A DNA stretch of 64,000 bases from Chrysomallon squamiferum (GCA_012295275.1 CM022668.1:3286001-3350000); one strand, 5' to 3'; counted from the first letter of the stretch, positions 1 to 30,189 are shown. The notes: generated from the letters alone by a model not told the origin. Program-made: numbers and translations.

Positions 1-559
1 TTGTGTGCTTCACGTGGTTACCTCGCCGTCGAAGCATCTGTTGCGTTGTGCTCGTGTGCCCAGATTTCTGTGGATCCTAAGAAAGTGAATGCGAAGGATT
101 GTGCTGAGAAAAAGAAGCGATGATGTTCATTGAATTAAAACATGAAATCATATAAACATATGAGCGAGGCTTCAGTGCAGTCAACATGGCTAGGCAGTAC
201 GAGCGTAGTATTTTTGCGATATGTAGCATTCTGAAGTAGAAGGAGTCGTTAAAGTCTATAAATCCGGCCAAAGGCGTTAGAATAATTTGTAAGCTGCGAA
301 CCTGTGTCCGTGAAAAGATGGTGAAACCCTAACCCTGTACACTTTATAAAAACAATTTATTTCTTTACATTCTCTTTTATTTTGCTTTTATGCAATACTT
401 GTCATATATACATACATTTTTCTTATTTAAAAATTGGGGTGTTTTTGGGGGGACTGGAACGGATTCATGCTATTTCAGTGAATTGCAATTGGGAAAATTG
501 ATTTTGATATACGAGCTCGGTCACGCAGCGAATTCAACTCGGAAGTCAAGGTACCACTG
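1..559 (+). mobile_element. Decayed, internally deleted Tigger/pogo-like DNA transposon (5' end outside window)
   Basis: ~70-325 translates, across a frameshift and stops, to DPKKVNAKDCAEKKKR/MFIELKHEII*TYERGFSAVNMARQYERSIFAICSILK*KESLKSINPAKGVRIICKLRTCVREKM, a CENP-B/psq-type HTH N-terminus. The element ends in ...AAGGTACCACTG (reverse complement CAGTGGTACC) followed by TA at 560-561. Confidence 0.75.
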
Positions 560-780
560 TATATAAACATACATACACATACATCCATACATCAATATGT
601 ACTTACATTCATACAAACATACATGTATATATACACACACACGTATACAAACATATATATACACACACACATATACAAACATATATATACACATTTTACA
701 CGCCTACACACAGACACATGCACTCAGAGACAGCTGTTTACATATGTAATAGGTTTTTACATGTTGACTTTTATCTGTAG

Positions 781-3107
<2,327 letters not shown>

Positions 3108-4246
3108 AGTGTTTTCAGCTGCTATAAATTTGTTCTGTTTTTCTTATTTATATTAAATGTGAGAGTTTTTGTGTGTCTGCCTGTCTCTGTGTATCTGTGA
3201 GAGTTCAAATCGTAGCCTCCTGAAAAAAATATCTGTTATTTCCACCTATTTGATGTTCATGTCATTTCACTGTATTAATGATTATAATATATGACAGGTT
3301 AATATGACTTTTTTGAAACACAGATAAACAGGTGAATAGATAGACAGATAGAGATACGCAAGTTCAAAATACTTTAAAGAGTGCAAAGACTAACTGGAAC
3401 GCCATCACGTTTTGAGTTGGGAACGTCTAGATTGGCGTTTTTGATGAGACATTTTTTCAGAGGGTTTCACGTTAGCCATATCGACAAGATCCTTCATTTT
3501 GAGAAAATATGCGATGTTTTCGCGTACATTAGCTGCAAAATTAATCTAACAAAATAAAACAAAATAAAGTAAAATAAAATAAGACAAAATAAAATAAAAC
3601 AAAATAAAGTAAAATAAAATAAAACAAAATAAAATAAATGAATATATCAATCAATAAATAATTATCTCGTTGCATATGTATGCAGTGAGATCATGAAATC
3701 ATCTGCTAAGGGGTAGAAAGGTAACATTCGAATGTTTTGTGTTATTTTATTTTGATATTTAGTTATCAGCGATGACAGGGCACGTAGAACAATAAAAGTC
3801 TAGAGATATAAATATTTTTATTCCTAGTAATAAAAGTACACTTTTACATATGTATTTTTTATAATATGACAAAATCTGTAACATCTGTTTTCGAGCTATG
3901 AGAGCTAGCATGAATGGTGTAATTTTTCTTGTTCTTTCTCCATGCTGGTTATATTTACTTAAATCATCCCTTTATTTTCAATAAGAAAAATGTTTCTCTT
4001 CTAATACTGGTAGTATATTTTGCCAGGTTGAGGGAAAGTAAACATATAATACAATTAGGTCAGGTTTATTTACCGCAAAATAAATATATAAATAAATGAA
4101 TAAATAAATACATAAATAAATAAAATGAGTAAAAAAAATAAAATAATTTAAAATAAAAAAATAATATTAATATATGCATACACCAACGGTATCAACGTAA
4201 AGAAAAAAAAAAAAATAATAAACATAAATTAATAAATTAAAATAAG

Positions 4247-4298
<52 letters not shown>

Positions 4299-4494
4299 AA
4301 ATTATAAACAAAGAAATAAACAAATAAATAAATAAATAAGAAATAGAAATCATGGAACTAAACTGGTTAAAATCACGTTTGAGAAGATCGACAGAAAAAG
4401 GAAAGCAACGAAAAAGATAGATAGAAAGAAAGAAAGAGAAAGCAAACAAAAGAAGGAAAGAAATAATAATGGAAAGAAATAAAAATGCATGTCT

Positions 4495-4690
4495 CACATA
4501 GTGATGATTTCTAAATACCATGGCAGGACTATACAGCTGGATTTGTTTCTGTGAAGTAATATTTATTATTAATTAATGTCAGATGTTAATAAAGTCAGCT
4601 TAGGCGGTTTTTATGATAAGTTATATAATAAAAATACAACCAAAACAACTGAAAAGTGTTAGTTTTCAGTGGAAATAGAAAAAACAAATA

Positions 4691-4721
<31 letters not shown>

Positions 4722-4925
4722 AAAGTAGAAATCTTGGAACTAAACCAGTTTAAAGAAATAAAGAAAAAGAAAAAGATAGGGAGAATTAAAGATAAAGAAG
4801 AAAAAAAGCAAAAAATAAAATGAAAAGAACATAGTGAAGATTTATGTAGAATATGTCTGGGGTCTATAGTTGGATTTGGATCTTTGATGAATGAATGTTG
4901 GTTAAGTAATATTTATTATTAATTA
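4495..4925 (+). pseudogene. Two degenerate relic copies of FReD exon 3 in a local tandem duplication
   Basis: 4498-4570 (agtgatgatttctaaataccatggcaggactatacagctggatttg) and 4832-4920 (agtgaagatttatgtagaatatg…gttggatttggatctttgatgaatgaatgttggttaagtaatatttattattaatt) resemble exon 3 plus its intron flank. Confidence 0.7.
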
Positions 4926-5280
4926 CTGTTAGAAGTCAGTAAAGTCAGTTTGACGAGCTTTTCATCATAAGTTATGTAAAAAAAAACACACAGCAAAAAC
5001 CAAACAAGAATAGAGAAAAAAAAACGAGAACAAAGATTAATAAATACAAATTTGTTATTTAGTAACAAGTTTGCTCACGATTTTAATTTCAAATGAAATG
5101 GAGGTTGGGTCTTTCTCTATGTATCTATACGTATGCATGTGCATGTTTTTCTTTATTGTTTGATTATATTTATCTACACATTTTTATCAATCTTTTATCT
5201 TTCATATTTATTCTTTCTTTTTACGTCCTCAGTGTTGACAGACAGACAGATCGTTGTGTTAGTATAGGAGTCTGCGTTAG

Positions 5281-5287
5281 TATAAAA
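5281..5287 (+). promoter_or_regulatory. Putative TATA box of FReD-2
   Basis: TATAAAA inside a ~150-bp block that is also present, inverted, upstream of FReD-6 (36270-36420; TTTTATA at 36381-36387). Confidence 0.55.
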
Positions 5288-5559
5288 TGGGTGTTAATAT
5301 TTTGTTATTACTACAACTAAATGGAATAACTATCTGTCATTCTGTGACTCATACCGCAGTAACTATAGAACACAGATGGCTTTTATGACTTACTAAGTAT
5401 GCGTATATGTAAGTAATTATATGCATATATATGTATGTATGTATATATATGTACATATACTCTTACCTCGAAAGTTGTAAAACCCATCTGTGTTCTTCTA
5501 CATAGATATAGATAAATATATATTGGGTGTTTCTTTCCGCAAAGATTGTTGTAGACGAA

Positions 5560-7685
5560 ATGCTATTTTACTTTTTCCTTTCTTGTGTTTTCCGTGTGTC
5601 TGCAAGTGAGTAACTGCCCGTATATATAAACACACACAGGTATATACAAACACACACACACTTATATATATAAAAACACACACGTATATACAAACACACA
5701 CACACGTATATATAAACACACACACACGTATTTATAAACGCACACACGTATATATAAACACACACACGTATATACAAACACACACACACGTACATATAAA
5801 CACACACACGTATATATAAACACACACACGTATATATAAACACACACACACATATTTATAAACACACACACACGTACATATAAACACACACACGTATATA
5901 TAAACACACAGACACGTATTTATAAACACACACATACATATAAACACACATACACGTATATATAAACACACACACATATATAAAACACATACACGTATAT
6001 ATAAACACACACACACGCATTTATAAACACACACTCCTATATATAAACACATGCACGTATATATAAACACACACACGTACATATAAACACATACACGTAT
6101 ATATAAACACACACACACGTATTTATAAACACACACTCCTATATATAAACACATACACGTATATATAAACACATACACGTACATATAAACACACACACGT
6201 ACATATAAACACACACACGTGCCTGTCTGGCTGTATAACATATTTACATGCATACGTACATTCAAACTTCGTACATATATATCCATATAACATATGCACA
6301 CCTATTTATCTCTACCTGACTTTCATCTGTAGATGTTAGGCGACCAGCGGACTGTGCAGAGATAAGGAAACTAGGTACAACTGTGAACGGAATCTACCGA
6401 ATCTATCCTGCAGATGAAGTAGGATATATCGACGTTTTCTGTGAACTAGCAGCTCATGAGAACGATTCTTGGTTGGTAGGTGTCGTTTTCAAAGTAATAC
6501 TTATATCATAGTTATAGTCGTAGTCGTTGTTCTTATTGCTTCTGTTATTCTTTTCTTATTATTATCATTTATGTCTGTTTTCTGTCTCTGTCTCCCTGTC
6601 TCTCTGCCCATCCATTCATTCATCTATGAATTCAATCGTCTCTTTGTCCGACTCTTCTATCTGCCTGTCTCTGTCTATGTCACAACCTTTGTGTCTCTCT
6701 CTCTGTCCGCATGTCTTTGTAGCTGTTAGATTTTCTATCTTTGTCTGTCTGTCTTTCTGTGTGTTTGACGATCTGATAGCTTTTTCTATATGTCTGTGTC
6801 GGCCTGCTTTCTCTGCAAGTGTTTCTGTTTAATGTTTTCTCTGTGTCTTTCAATATTTGCTCTCTTTGCCTATCTTGTTACCTATACAGATATGTAAGTG
6901 AACACACTTACATGCATATATGTATGTGTGTATGCATGCATGTATGTATAAATGTGTGTTCATATACACGCACTAATGGCAAATCCCCAGAAACAAAAAC
7001 CCACTAGCAGACATACATATACGCACATACACTCGTATTATAATAATGTGCATGCAGGTATTTCAGCGTCGTATTGATGGTAGCGAAGATTTCTACAGAA
7101 CATGGGAGGAGTATATGGTTGGATTTGGAGCTCTTTGGAATGAATTTTGGTTAGGTAGTATTTATTATTAATTAAATATGGATAGCTTTGTGCATCTGTA
7201 GATCAAATTTTGAATATTTAATATTTAATTATAATTTATCTCATCATCGATTATGCCAATAGAAAACTGCTTTCCGTGTTTGTTTTAGATTTTGTTGTTC
7301 GCTTGTTTTTTTTTTTTTTTTTTAAAAACATTTCTTCAGCCATTACTGAAGAATTATGCAACAGCAAAGATCGATTTTAATGTACCTCAGTTTAGTTTTT
7401 TTGTCTTTCAATTAAATGTAACTCATGATCAGACATACTTATTACAGCCATTTTAGACTAGTAATCTACTGCAGTATACTTAACACTACAGTCTGTTTTA
7501 CAGGAAATGAAAACATCCATAGACTGACCAGTCAGAAACCTCAACGATTACGAATAGATCTGCAAACTTTTGAAGGACAAAAACGCTACGCCCAGTATGA
7601 GTATTTCTTGATTGGATCTGTGACTGAGTACTACAAACTTCTCTTTGTCATGGACTACAGTGGCAATGCAGGTTAGTGGTAGAAA

Positions 7686-7775
<90 letters not shown>

Positions 7776-8186
7776 AGAGAGAGAGAGATAGAGAGAGAGA
7801 GTAAGAGAGTACTTTTTGAAAGTGATATACATGTTTCATTCATTACATTTACTTTTCTGAAGTAGATTTAATTATATTCTATTTTTCGTTTCAATTATGT
7901 TGTAGGCGACAGTTTCTCAGTTCACCGGGGTTACGAGTTCAGTGCTAACAACTTGGACAGAGACAGGTTGGCGAACGATAGCTGTGCTCTAGAATGCAAA
8001 GGGGGCTGGTGGTATTATGACTGTCATCAAGCTAATCTGAATGGCCTCTATCTCAATGGTACCCACACCTCTGAAGGTGATGGGGTAAACTGGAAAACTT
8101 TCAAGGGACTTCACTATTCCTTGAGGAGAACGGTTATGAAGATACAGCCGATACCAACTCGGGTTCACTACTTTCAGATTCAATAA
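5560..8186 (+). CDS. FReD-2: secreted single fibrinogen C-terminal domain protein (ficolin/FIBCD1/tachylectin-5-like), 244 aa, intact
   Basis: Exons 5560-5605 (signal [15 protein letters not shown]), 6333-6475, 7058-7154, 7504-7671 and 7906-8186. All introns are GT-AG with consistent phases; 735 nt in total. Motifs DC..GIYRIYP, VFQRR.DGS, EFWLGNE, GGWWY..C..NLNG, MKIQP. Confidence 0.92.
5630..6220. repeat. ~20-22 bp AC/TA minisatellite (cacacacacgtatatataaa)n in FReD-2 intron 1
   Basis: Seen directly; source of the spurious CVCVY ORFs. Confidence 0.9.
7688..7801. repeat. (GA)n microsatellite in FReD-2 last intron
   Basis: Seen directly. Confidence 0.95.
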
Positions 8187-9876
8187 AGTGTTGTCAGCTG
8201 CGATATATTTGTTTTGTTTTTCTTATTTATATTAAATGTGAGAGTATGTTTGTGTGTCTGCATCTCTCTGTGAGCCAATTGAACAACAGTGTCTGTTATT
8301 CCAACCAATTTGATGTTCATGTCATTTTGCTGTAATCATGACTCTAATATATCAGAGGTAAATACGACTTTTTGGGAACACAGATAAATAGGTGAATAGA
8401 TAGATGGATAGTGATACACAAGCTTAAAATACTTTAAAAAGTGCAAAGACTAACTGGGACGCCATTACGTTTAGTGTTAGGAATGTTTAGACTGGCGTTT
8501 TTGGTGAGACATCTTTTCAAAGGATTTCGTTTTAGCCATATCAACAAACTCCTTCATTTCGAGAAAATATCCGTTGTTTTCTCGTACATGGCGGATTAAT
8601 TAGCTGTAGAAATAAGTCTAATAAAATAAAATAAGATAAAATAAAATTAATGCATATAGCAATCAATAAATAATTCTCTGATTCCATATGTATCGATTGA
8701 GATAATGAAATCAACTGCAAAGGGTTAGAAAGGTAACATTTGTGTTATTTTATTCTGATACTCAGTTATCAGCGATGACAGGAAGTAATTGTTTTTTCTT
8801 CTTTCTTTTTAAATCATTCCTTTATTTTGAATAGGAAAAATGTTTCTATTTTCTGAGTTGCCGTACATTCTAACAGTTTTCGTGGAAAACAAACATATAA
8901 CAGCAATTAGGAAAGGTTTATTTCGAGCGAAATAAAAAAATATATATATAAAAAAAAGTAATAATAAAATAAAATAAATATAAATTAATAAATAGAAAAA
9001 ATCGTCTGGTTCTCCAGAAACTTTCTCAAATCCAATAAAGGGAAAGAGTTCGTAAAGAGTTGCCCCCCTTTAACTCATTTCAATTACATTTATAAAATGG
9101 TTTTAGGATGTATTCGTAATATAATTTTAAAAAGATCTTAATAAAATGATAGTAATACTTTAAGCAGTAATAACAGTAGTAGTGGTAGTAGTATTAATAA
9201 AATAATTGTTAGAGTAGTTTTATTAATAAAAATCCGTCATGTACGAGAAAAATATTTTCTCAAAATTGGTCGATATTGCGAACAGGAAATCCCTTGAAAA
9301 ACAATGTCTGATGAAAAAGGCCAGTCAAAAATTCTTAACCCCAAACATAATGCATTCTCTTTAGTCATATGGACCGAAGTCCCAATTAGTCTTAGCACTG
9401 TTTAAACTATTTAACACTCACAAAGATACAGAGACATGCAGACACACACAAATCTCACATGTAATATAATTAAGAAAAACAAAACAAATATATCGCAGCT
9501 GTCTTCACTTTATTCTAATTATCAGTAATGAAGCTGACTGTGTATTGGTTGTATCCTCATCCCTTGAAAGCGTACCACTCAATCCCATCAGCATAGGAGA
9601 TGTGGCTTCCATTTAGATATGGACCATTCAAATTAGAAAAGTGACATACTGCATACCACCAGTCCCCTTTGTACTTTTGAGCACAGCTAGAAGAATCCCA
9701 CTTGTCTCTGTCCAAATTTTTAGCACTGAAATCGAAACCCGGCTGAAAGGAAAAGCTATCGCCTGCAAGATAAAAACGAAAAACACAAAAAACAAAACAT
9801 AACTGAAACGAAAGAGATAACATGTAATTAAATCAACATGAGAAAATGAAACAAACATGCATATCACTTTAAAAAC

Positions 9877-10102
<226 letters not shown>

Positions 10103-10754
10103 ATATTTCCCTACTACAAACCTGCAGTCCCACTGTAGTCCATGAGAAAGAGAAGTTTGTAGTACTCAGTCACATTTCCAATCAAGAAATACTCATACTG
10201 GGCGTAGCGTTTTTCTCCTTCAAAAGTTTTTATATCTATTCTTAACAATTGTCGTTTCTCATTGGTCAGTCTATGAATGTTTTCATTTCCTGTAAGAAAA
10301 GAATGCACTGTGATTAAGAGTGACTGTAATTTTCATATTTCATTTAGAGATACATTTAATTGAAAGACAGAAAAGTCGATCTTTGCTGTCACACAATTGT
10401 TCAGTAAAGGCTGAAGGAAAGTTGTCAGTCAAGGGACTTGTTCGTCTGCTTGCTTAAACGATGTTCTAAGACAGGAAGACACAGGCAACATTCAGAGATT
10501 AAATTAACAAAAGAAAGAGTAGTAAGAAACAGACAAATGAGGAAGGGCAGACGAAAAATGAAAAATAAAAAAAACTGAGAGGATAGAAATAAGTTTAGAA
10601 AAAGAGAAATTGTATATAAAAAATAAATAGAAACAAACAAACCCCCAAAATAGAATCGAAAAGAAAAGAAAAAACAAAAGAAACCAAAAACAATGAACAT
10701 TCGGAAATCATAAACACACGCACACATGTTGAAAAATACAACCGGAAACTCACA

Positions 10755-10807
<53 letters not shown>

Positions 10808-11139
10808 CCTATATTCTATGTAAAAGAGAATATCGTAAACTAAAGGAAAATAGCAACAAAAACAAAAGTATAAATAAAACAAAGAAACAAAAATAAACAA
10901 AAATGTAAAACACAGTTTTCTAATGACATAACAGATGACAAGTTAATAATAAATATTAACTATAAAAAGTTCGATCTTCACATATACAGATCTAAATATA
11001 TCAATTCATAATAAATACTACCTAACCAAAATTCATTCATGAGAGATCCAATTCCAACCATATACTTCTCCAATGTTCTGTACCATGTTCGCTACCATCA
11101 GTTCGACGTTGAAATACCTGAAAATACGTTATTTTAATA

Positions 11140-12220
<1,081 letters not shown>

Positions 12221-13079
12221 AAGACAAAGAAACACATACAGAAAAAAACAGGAGGAGATTGATTGACAGAGAGGCAGACAGACATAGAAAGATAGACAAA
12301 GACAGATAAATGCACAGACACACAGACAGAAATGATTATAATAATCAGAAGAAAAACAGCAGCAATAAGAACTACGACTACGACGTCACTATGATAAAAT
12401 TAAATGAGAAAATGTGTTTATTTTTAGAAAGTATTATTTTTAAAAAGACACGTACCAACCAAGTATCTTTCTCACTGGCTCCCAGTTCACAGTAAACGTC
12501 GATGTGTCCTTTTTGATCTCTGGGATAGATTCGGTAGATTCCGCCCCCAATTTTACCTTGTTTTCTTATCTCTTCACAGTCCGCTGGTCCTTGAACACCT
12601 ACTGATAAATGTCGTAAAACTACTACATATGTAAGCATCAAAACAGTAAACATCTGTCGGTGTGTGAGTATATGATTGTGTTTCTTTGTATATATATATA
12701 TATATATATATATATGCATGTATGTATGGATGGATTGATAGAACTATCAAATTATGAGTGATTGTTGGAATGTTCGTATATATAAATATATATAGCTACT
12801 CACGTGCAGACACCCACAACTAAGAAGTAAGAAAATCGTAAAGAAGCATTTCGTCTAGAACAATAAAAAGAAAAAGAAAATTTGTTTCAAGATCTACGGA
12901 AATGTTTATACAAATCGTCTGTTTAATCTCCACACAAACACAAATACACACACATATATATGGCTTTCTGTAACTGATACCAAAGTAACTGAAGAACACA
13001 GATGTTGTTGTTACTTCTGCATCAGTTACAGAAAGCCAGATAGTTATCCCATGTAGTAACAAAACAGAAACAATCACAC

Positions 13080-14740
13080 CTAACAGTAACACCTAACACT
13101 GACACGTGGTACCCTAACACCTAACACTAACACTCGTACGTAAATCTAATACCTAAAAGTAACACCTAACACTCGTACGTAAATCTAATACCTAAAAGTA
13201 ACACTAACACTCGTACGTAAATCTAATACCTAAAAGTAACACCTAACACTCGTACGTAAATCTAATACCTAAAAGTAACACCTAATACAAATCTAATACC
13301 TAAAAGTAACACTAACACTGTACGTAAATCTAATACCTAAAAGTAACACCTAAAAATCTAATACCTAAAAGTAACACCTAACACTCATACGTAAATCTAA
13401 TACCTAAAAGTAACACCTAACACGTAAATCTAATAAAAGTAAATCTAACACCTAATACCTAAAAGAACACTAAAATCCTAATAAAAAAGTAACACCTAAC
13501 ACTCGTACGTAAATCTAATACCTAAAAGTAACACCTAACACTCGTAAAATCTAATATAAAAGTAACACCTAAACCTAAAAAGTAACACCTAACACTCGTA
13601 CGTAAATCTAAATCTAAAAGTACCTAAAATCTAATACCTAAAAGTAACACCTAACACTCAGCTAACACTCGTACGTAAAATACCTAAAAGTAAAAACTCG
13701 TACGTAAATAAAAAGTAACACCTAACACTAAAGTAACACCTAACACTCGTACGTAAATCTAATACCTAAAAAATCTGTAACACCTAACACTCGTACGTAA
13801 ATCTAATACCTAAAAGTAACACCCTAACACTCACTCGTACGTAAATCTAAAAAAGTAATACCTAAAAAATCTAACACCTAACACTAACACTCGTACGTAA
13901 ATCTAATACCTAAAAGTAACACCTAAAAAAACACCTCTAAAAAGTAACACCTAACACTCGTAAATCTAATACCTAAATCTAATACCTAAAAGTAACACCT
14001 AACACTCGTAATCTAATACCTGAAAGTAACGTAAATCTAATACCTAAAAGTAACATACCTAATACCTAAAAGTAACAGCTAACACTCTAAATCTAATACC
14101 TAAAAGTAAAACCTAACTCTCGTACAATCTAATAAAAGTAACACCTAACACTAACACCTAACACTTGTACGTAAATCTAATACCTAAAAGTAACAGCTAA
14201 ATCTAACACACCTAACACTCGTACGTAAATCTAATACCTAAAAGTAACACCTAACACTCGTACGTAAATCTAAAAAGTAACACCTAACACTAAAATCACT
14301 CGTACGTAAATCTAATACCTAAAAGTAACACCTAACACTCGTACGTAAATCTAATACCTAAAAGTAACACCTAACACTCGTACGTAAATCTAATACCTAA
14401 AAGTAACAGTAACACTCGTACGTAAATCTAATACCTAAAAGTAACACCTAACACTCGTACGTAAATCTAATACCTAAAAGTAACACCTAACACTCGTAAA
14501 AAATCCTAACACTAACACCTAACACTCGTACGTAAATCTAATACCTAAAAGAAACCTAAAAGACAGATAACACCTAACACTCACTCGTACGTAAATCTAA
14601 TACCTAAAAGTAACACCTAACACTCGTACGTAAATCTAATACCTAAAAGTAACAGCTAACACTCGTACGTAAATCTAATACCTAAAAGTAACAGCTAACA
14701 CTCGTACGTAAATCTAATACCTAAAAGTAACACCTAACAG
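13080..14740. repeat. 39-bp tandem satellite (cctaacactcgtacgtaaatctaatacctaaaagtaaca)n, ~1.65 kb, internally scrambled
   Basis: Clean units at both ends (e.g. 13164-13280, 14311-14500, 14616-14739) and truncated or shuffled units in the middle. Confidence 0.92.
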
Positions 14741-14898
14741 TTTCCCTCTTTGTGTCATTGTGTTTCTCTACTACAAACCTGCACGAGGGGCAGATTATAG
14801 TGGGTTGCTTATTGCAATGAAAATTTTGCTGCTAAAAATAAAGAAAAGTCTGTCTATTATGTACCACAGACGTACGAATCACTTTGAAACAGTTCTCA

Positions 14899-23816
<8,918 letters not shown>

Positions 23817-25231
23817 TCTCAATAAATTGTAGTCAGCTGTCATGGTTTGTTTGTTGTTGCTGTTGTTGTTGTTTTTTGTTGTTATTGCTGTTGTTTTTTG
23901 TTTATTCTAATTGTTGTTGTTTTGTTTTTAATTAATGTTATGTTTCTGGTGTTCAAATTACACACACACATCCAGATAAACATTCATCGAAAACTGAAAG
24001 TGATGCGTATAACGATTGTTCAATTATTTCATCACACAGACGGCATTCATGAACTAGATGACAACTTTGTTATGAGGAGGGGTGTGTACAGTAACATCAC
24101 AAGATGATGAGACCCGTTTACACATATACATATACACGTAAAGACATACATACAACCATACGCACAATTCTAACATTTGCAAATTTCAAATACATGAGTA
24201 TTAAAATGATAAATATTTTCAATTTTATGTCAGCTCACAATGCACATGGATTAGAACAATATTCTTAATAACCTCAAAATAAAAAACTGTATTTAAATTT
24301 GTGAAAAAAGTATCAACAAATGATTTGACTATGTATGGTGAGTACTGTAAGCTGAAGAAATGTTAAATAGGTTTTGGATAATTTCAACAATCTTTGATAA
24401 TTTGGATAAAATTACAAGACAACCAAAAACGACGAAATATAATTCAAATTTGAAACATTAATGTTTGGTAGAAAAGCTGACTACAGATGACTTACCATTT
24501 TTTATGTAAACGCTATTTAAATGAAAGTGGAGACTGTTTATCATATAAAGAATTTATAACATTATATAACTTGAGATTTTCTTGAATATGCGTCATTAAT
24601 AACTGTCATTAAGACTTGTGGTATATAGATTATTTAAATGGTGACAGCTTTCCAAGTCCTCAAAATCTGGTTTCCCTTTTTAATGAATATTTTATACAAA
24701 TAAAGTATACAAATCACGGATTTAGTTATTACACTAAGCAATGAAAAAATATCTTCTCTTTTCCATGTTAAAGTGTAAACAAGTCGACTCTGCCTTAATT
24801 TCAATACAGAATTATACATAACATTTTAACTACTAAGCGACTTTTATATAAAATTCATTTAATTAGTAGTAAACAAGTAGATTTTAGAGACAATCATATA
24901 GGGTTGTCTTTGCTGACCTCGTATCTTTTATAGCTGTTTATCAAACACAAGGCAGACTATGAAACAAGACAGGTCTACAGTGTAATTCACAATTTTTGAT
25001 TTTTCGATTTTTGTTTACGTTCAGTTGTCGTTTTTACCTGTTTCTCTTTATAATAGATTTCCTTAAAAAAAGAAACCAAAACACGAAGAAAAAATAAAGA
25101 AAATATGAAAAAAAAAAAATAACAACAAAAAAGTTAAATAAATTAGTGTGATATTTTGAGGTTGAGAATTTGCCAGTTCTGATAAAAATGGTAGATTCAA
25201 TACTCATTTGCATCGTTTCAGTTCGGAAAGA

Positions 25232-25264
<33 letters not shown>

Positions 25265-25525
25265 AACCATTAAAGTAAAAATATTATGTTTCACGTTTTC
25301 ATTCCTGGAAAAGCAATAACTATTTACTGCTAAAATGTCCCCTTGACCTTCATGTCAATTGTCAGTGTCCACACAACGGCTACATTTCCTAAATGGACAA
25401 TGGTATTTTCTACCATAAATGGCCTAAGCCTTTTACATAACTGAGCCAAATAATTTTCAGACTAGAAGTACTGCTTTTACAACTATTAATACTATTACTA
25501 TCACAATAATTATTATTATTATTTT

Positions 25526-25557
<32 letters not shown>

Positions 25558-25599
25558 TTACTACTACAATTATTATTATTATTAATGATTCTTTTCTTC

Positions 25600-28370
<2,771 letters not shown>

Positions 28371-28756
28371 TTTTTTTTTTTTTTTGGAGACAGCTAAATA
28401 ATGAGATTATAATATTTTATATTATTATGACACAATCAAATAAACGTGACATTATCAACGTGTTTGAAAAAATACACTGCGTCTGTGAATCAAAATACTC
28501 TCATATTATAGAAAATATATTCCCTTTGTACAGAATAACTTTTTTTATTAAAAAAAAAAAAAAAATTCCATGACAAGTCTGTTGATGACGATGTAATAAA
28601 CACATGATATAAAGTCACAGCAGAAGATGTTGTATAATTTTGTACGTTTCGTTATTTTTTGTTTTTAAGCCACAGCATGCATTAGAAAAAAAGGACGACA
28701 AATTATTAGACAGTCTTAGCAAATTTCATATTTACACTCTGATCGTTTTAGCGTAT

Positions 28757-28850
28757 ACAGATACCGGACCCATTATCCGGACTCCTTGGAGCCTCAGGCA
28801 TTCCGGATTTCGGGATTTTCCGGATTTGTGGTACTAAGCCATCTATATAC
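28757..28850 (+). mobile_element. Possible DNA-transposon terminal fragment
   Basis: GC-rich TA|CAGATACCGGACCCATTATCCGGA…TTCCGGATTTCGGGATTTTCCGGATT with repeated TCCGGA motifs typical of TIR subtermini; no partner end seen. Confidence 0.3.
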
Positions 28851-29924
28851 GAAAACAATTAGGCATGAAAATTATAAAATTAAAAACATGAAGAAAATAA
28901 TAATAATAAACATTATAAAATTACAAACATTAGTTTCGGTGCTGCAAACATTGTATTGGAAAAAAATACGATCAGATTTTATATATTATACTATCGACAG
29001 ATTTTAATTTAACACATGTAAGCCTTCAATAGGTTAATTAGCTAAAAAATAAATATCACACAAACGGAAATACTCAGTTAGCTTTTTATTCAGCCACTTT
29101 ATGTAAAACGTTTCCTAAAACTCGACAAAACTTTCACATGGAAGAAAATACGCGAGAAAACGAAATTGTAATGGACGATCGGGAATGCGCTCTGGATTTT
29201 GATTATTAACATTGGAAACAGTTGTTATTATTATTATTTTTAAGTAAAATCTGAAAAACAATAATATCGATGTGGTAAACTATATTCTCTCGTTTCAAGC
29301 AAGAGTGGAATTAACATGTTCTTGGGTAAAAACAAAAAGTAAACAATGTTCGATTTGCATCCTCAAGTTACCAGAATTCGAGCTGATAAGAAACATACAT
29401 AAAATAGTTTTGGACAGGAGGATTAAAATCGTAAGGTAAATATACAAAACTGATGTTGTGATTTCTAGCTTTATTAATCTTTCAGTCGATTACTGATATA
29501 CAATGACTTCTGTTTTACTTCGGTCTATTTTTGAATATGCATTTATGTATTGTAATGCATTTACAATGTATGTGTTGTAATGTATGCTAGAATTTGTGTG
29601 TTTTAATGAACATAAAAATGTATTTCTTGTAATGCATGTAAAAATGTGTGTTGTAATGCACTTTGACAACTATGTATTAGGAACACTGGAAATAGGAGAC
29701 CTACTTATTTTTTTCTTTCGTTGTTTTAATTATTTATTTATTTTATTTTTCTTTCTTTCGTTGATTCTTTTTTCATTTCTTTCTCTCTTTCTTTCTTCTT
29801 TCTCTCGATCTTCTGAGACTTGATTTGAACTATTTATTTCTAAGATTTCTACTTCTTATTTATTTATTTATCTATTTATTTATTTATTATATATTTATTT
29901 ATTTATTTATTATTATTATTATTG

Positions 29925-29977
<53 letters not shown>

Positions 29978-30105
29978 TAATTTAATAGTAATTTAGTAGT
30001 AACTTTTGTACATTGATATTATTATTCGTCTTTTTTTTTCCTTTCTTTTTTTGTTATTGCGGTTGTTGCTGTATGTACGTATGTATGTATGCACCTCTTC
30101 TTCTT

Positions 30106-30189
<84 letters not shown>

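Noticed and set aside
13080-14740. 39-bp array as a CRISPR array or telomere
   Set aside because: It has no unique spacers and the context is eukaryotic; CCTAA is only a submotif, not tandem (TTAGGG)n.
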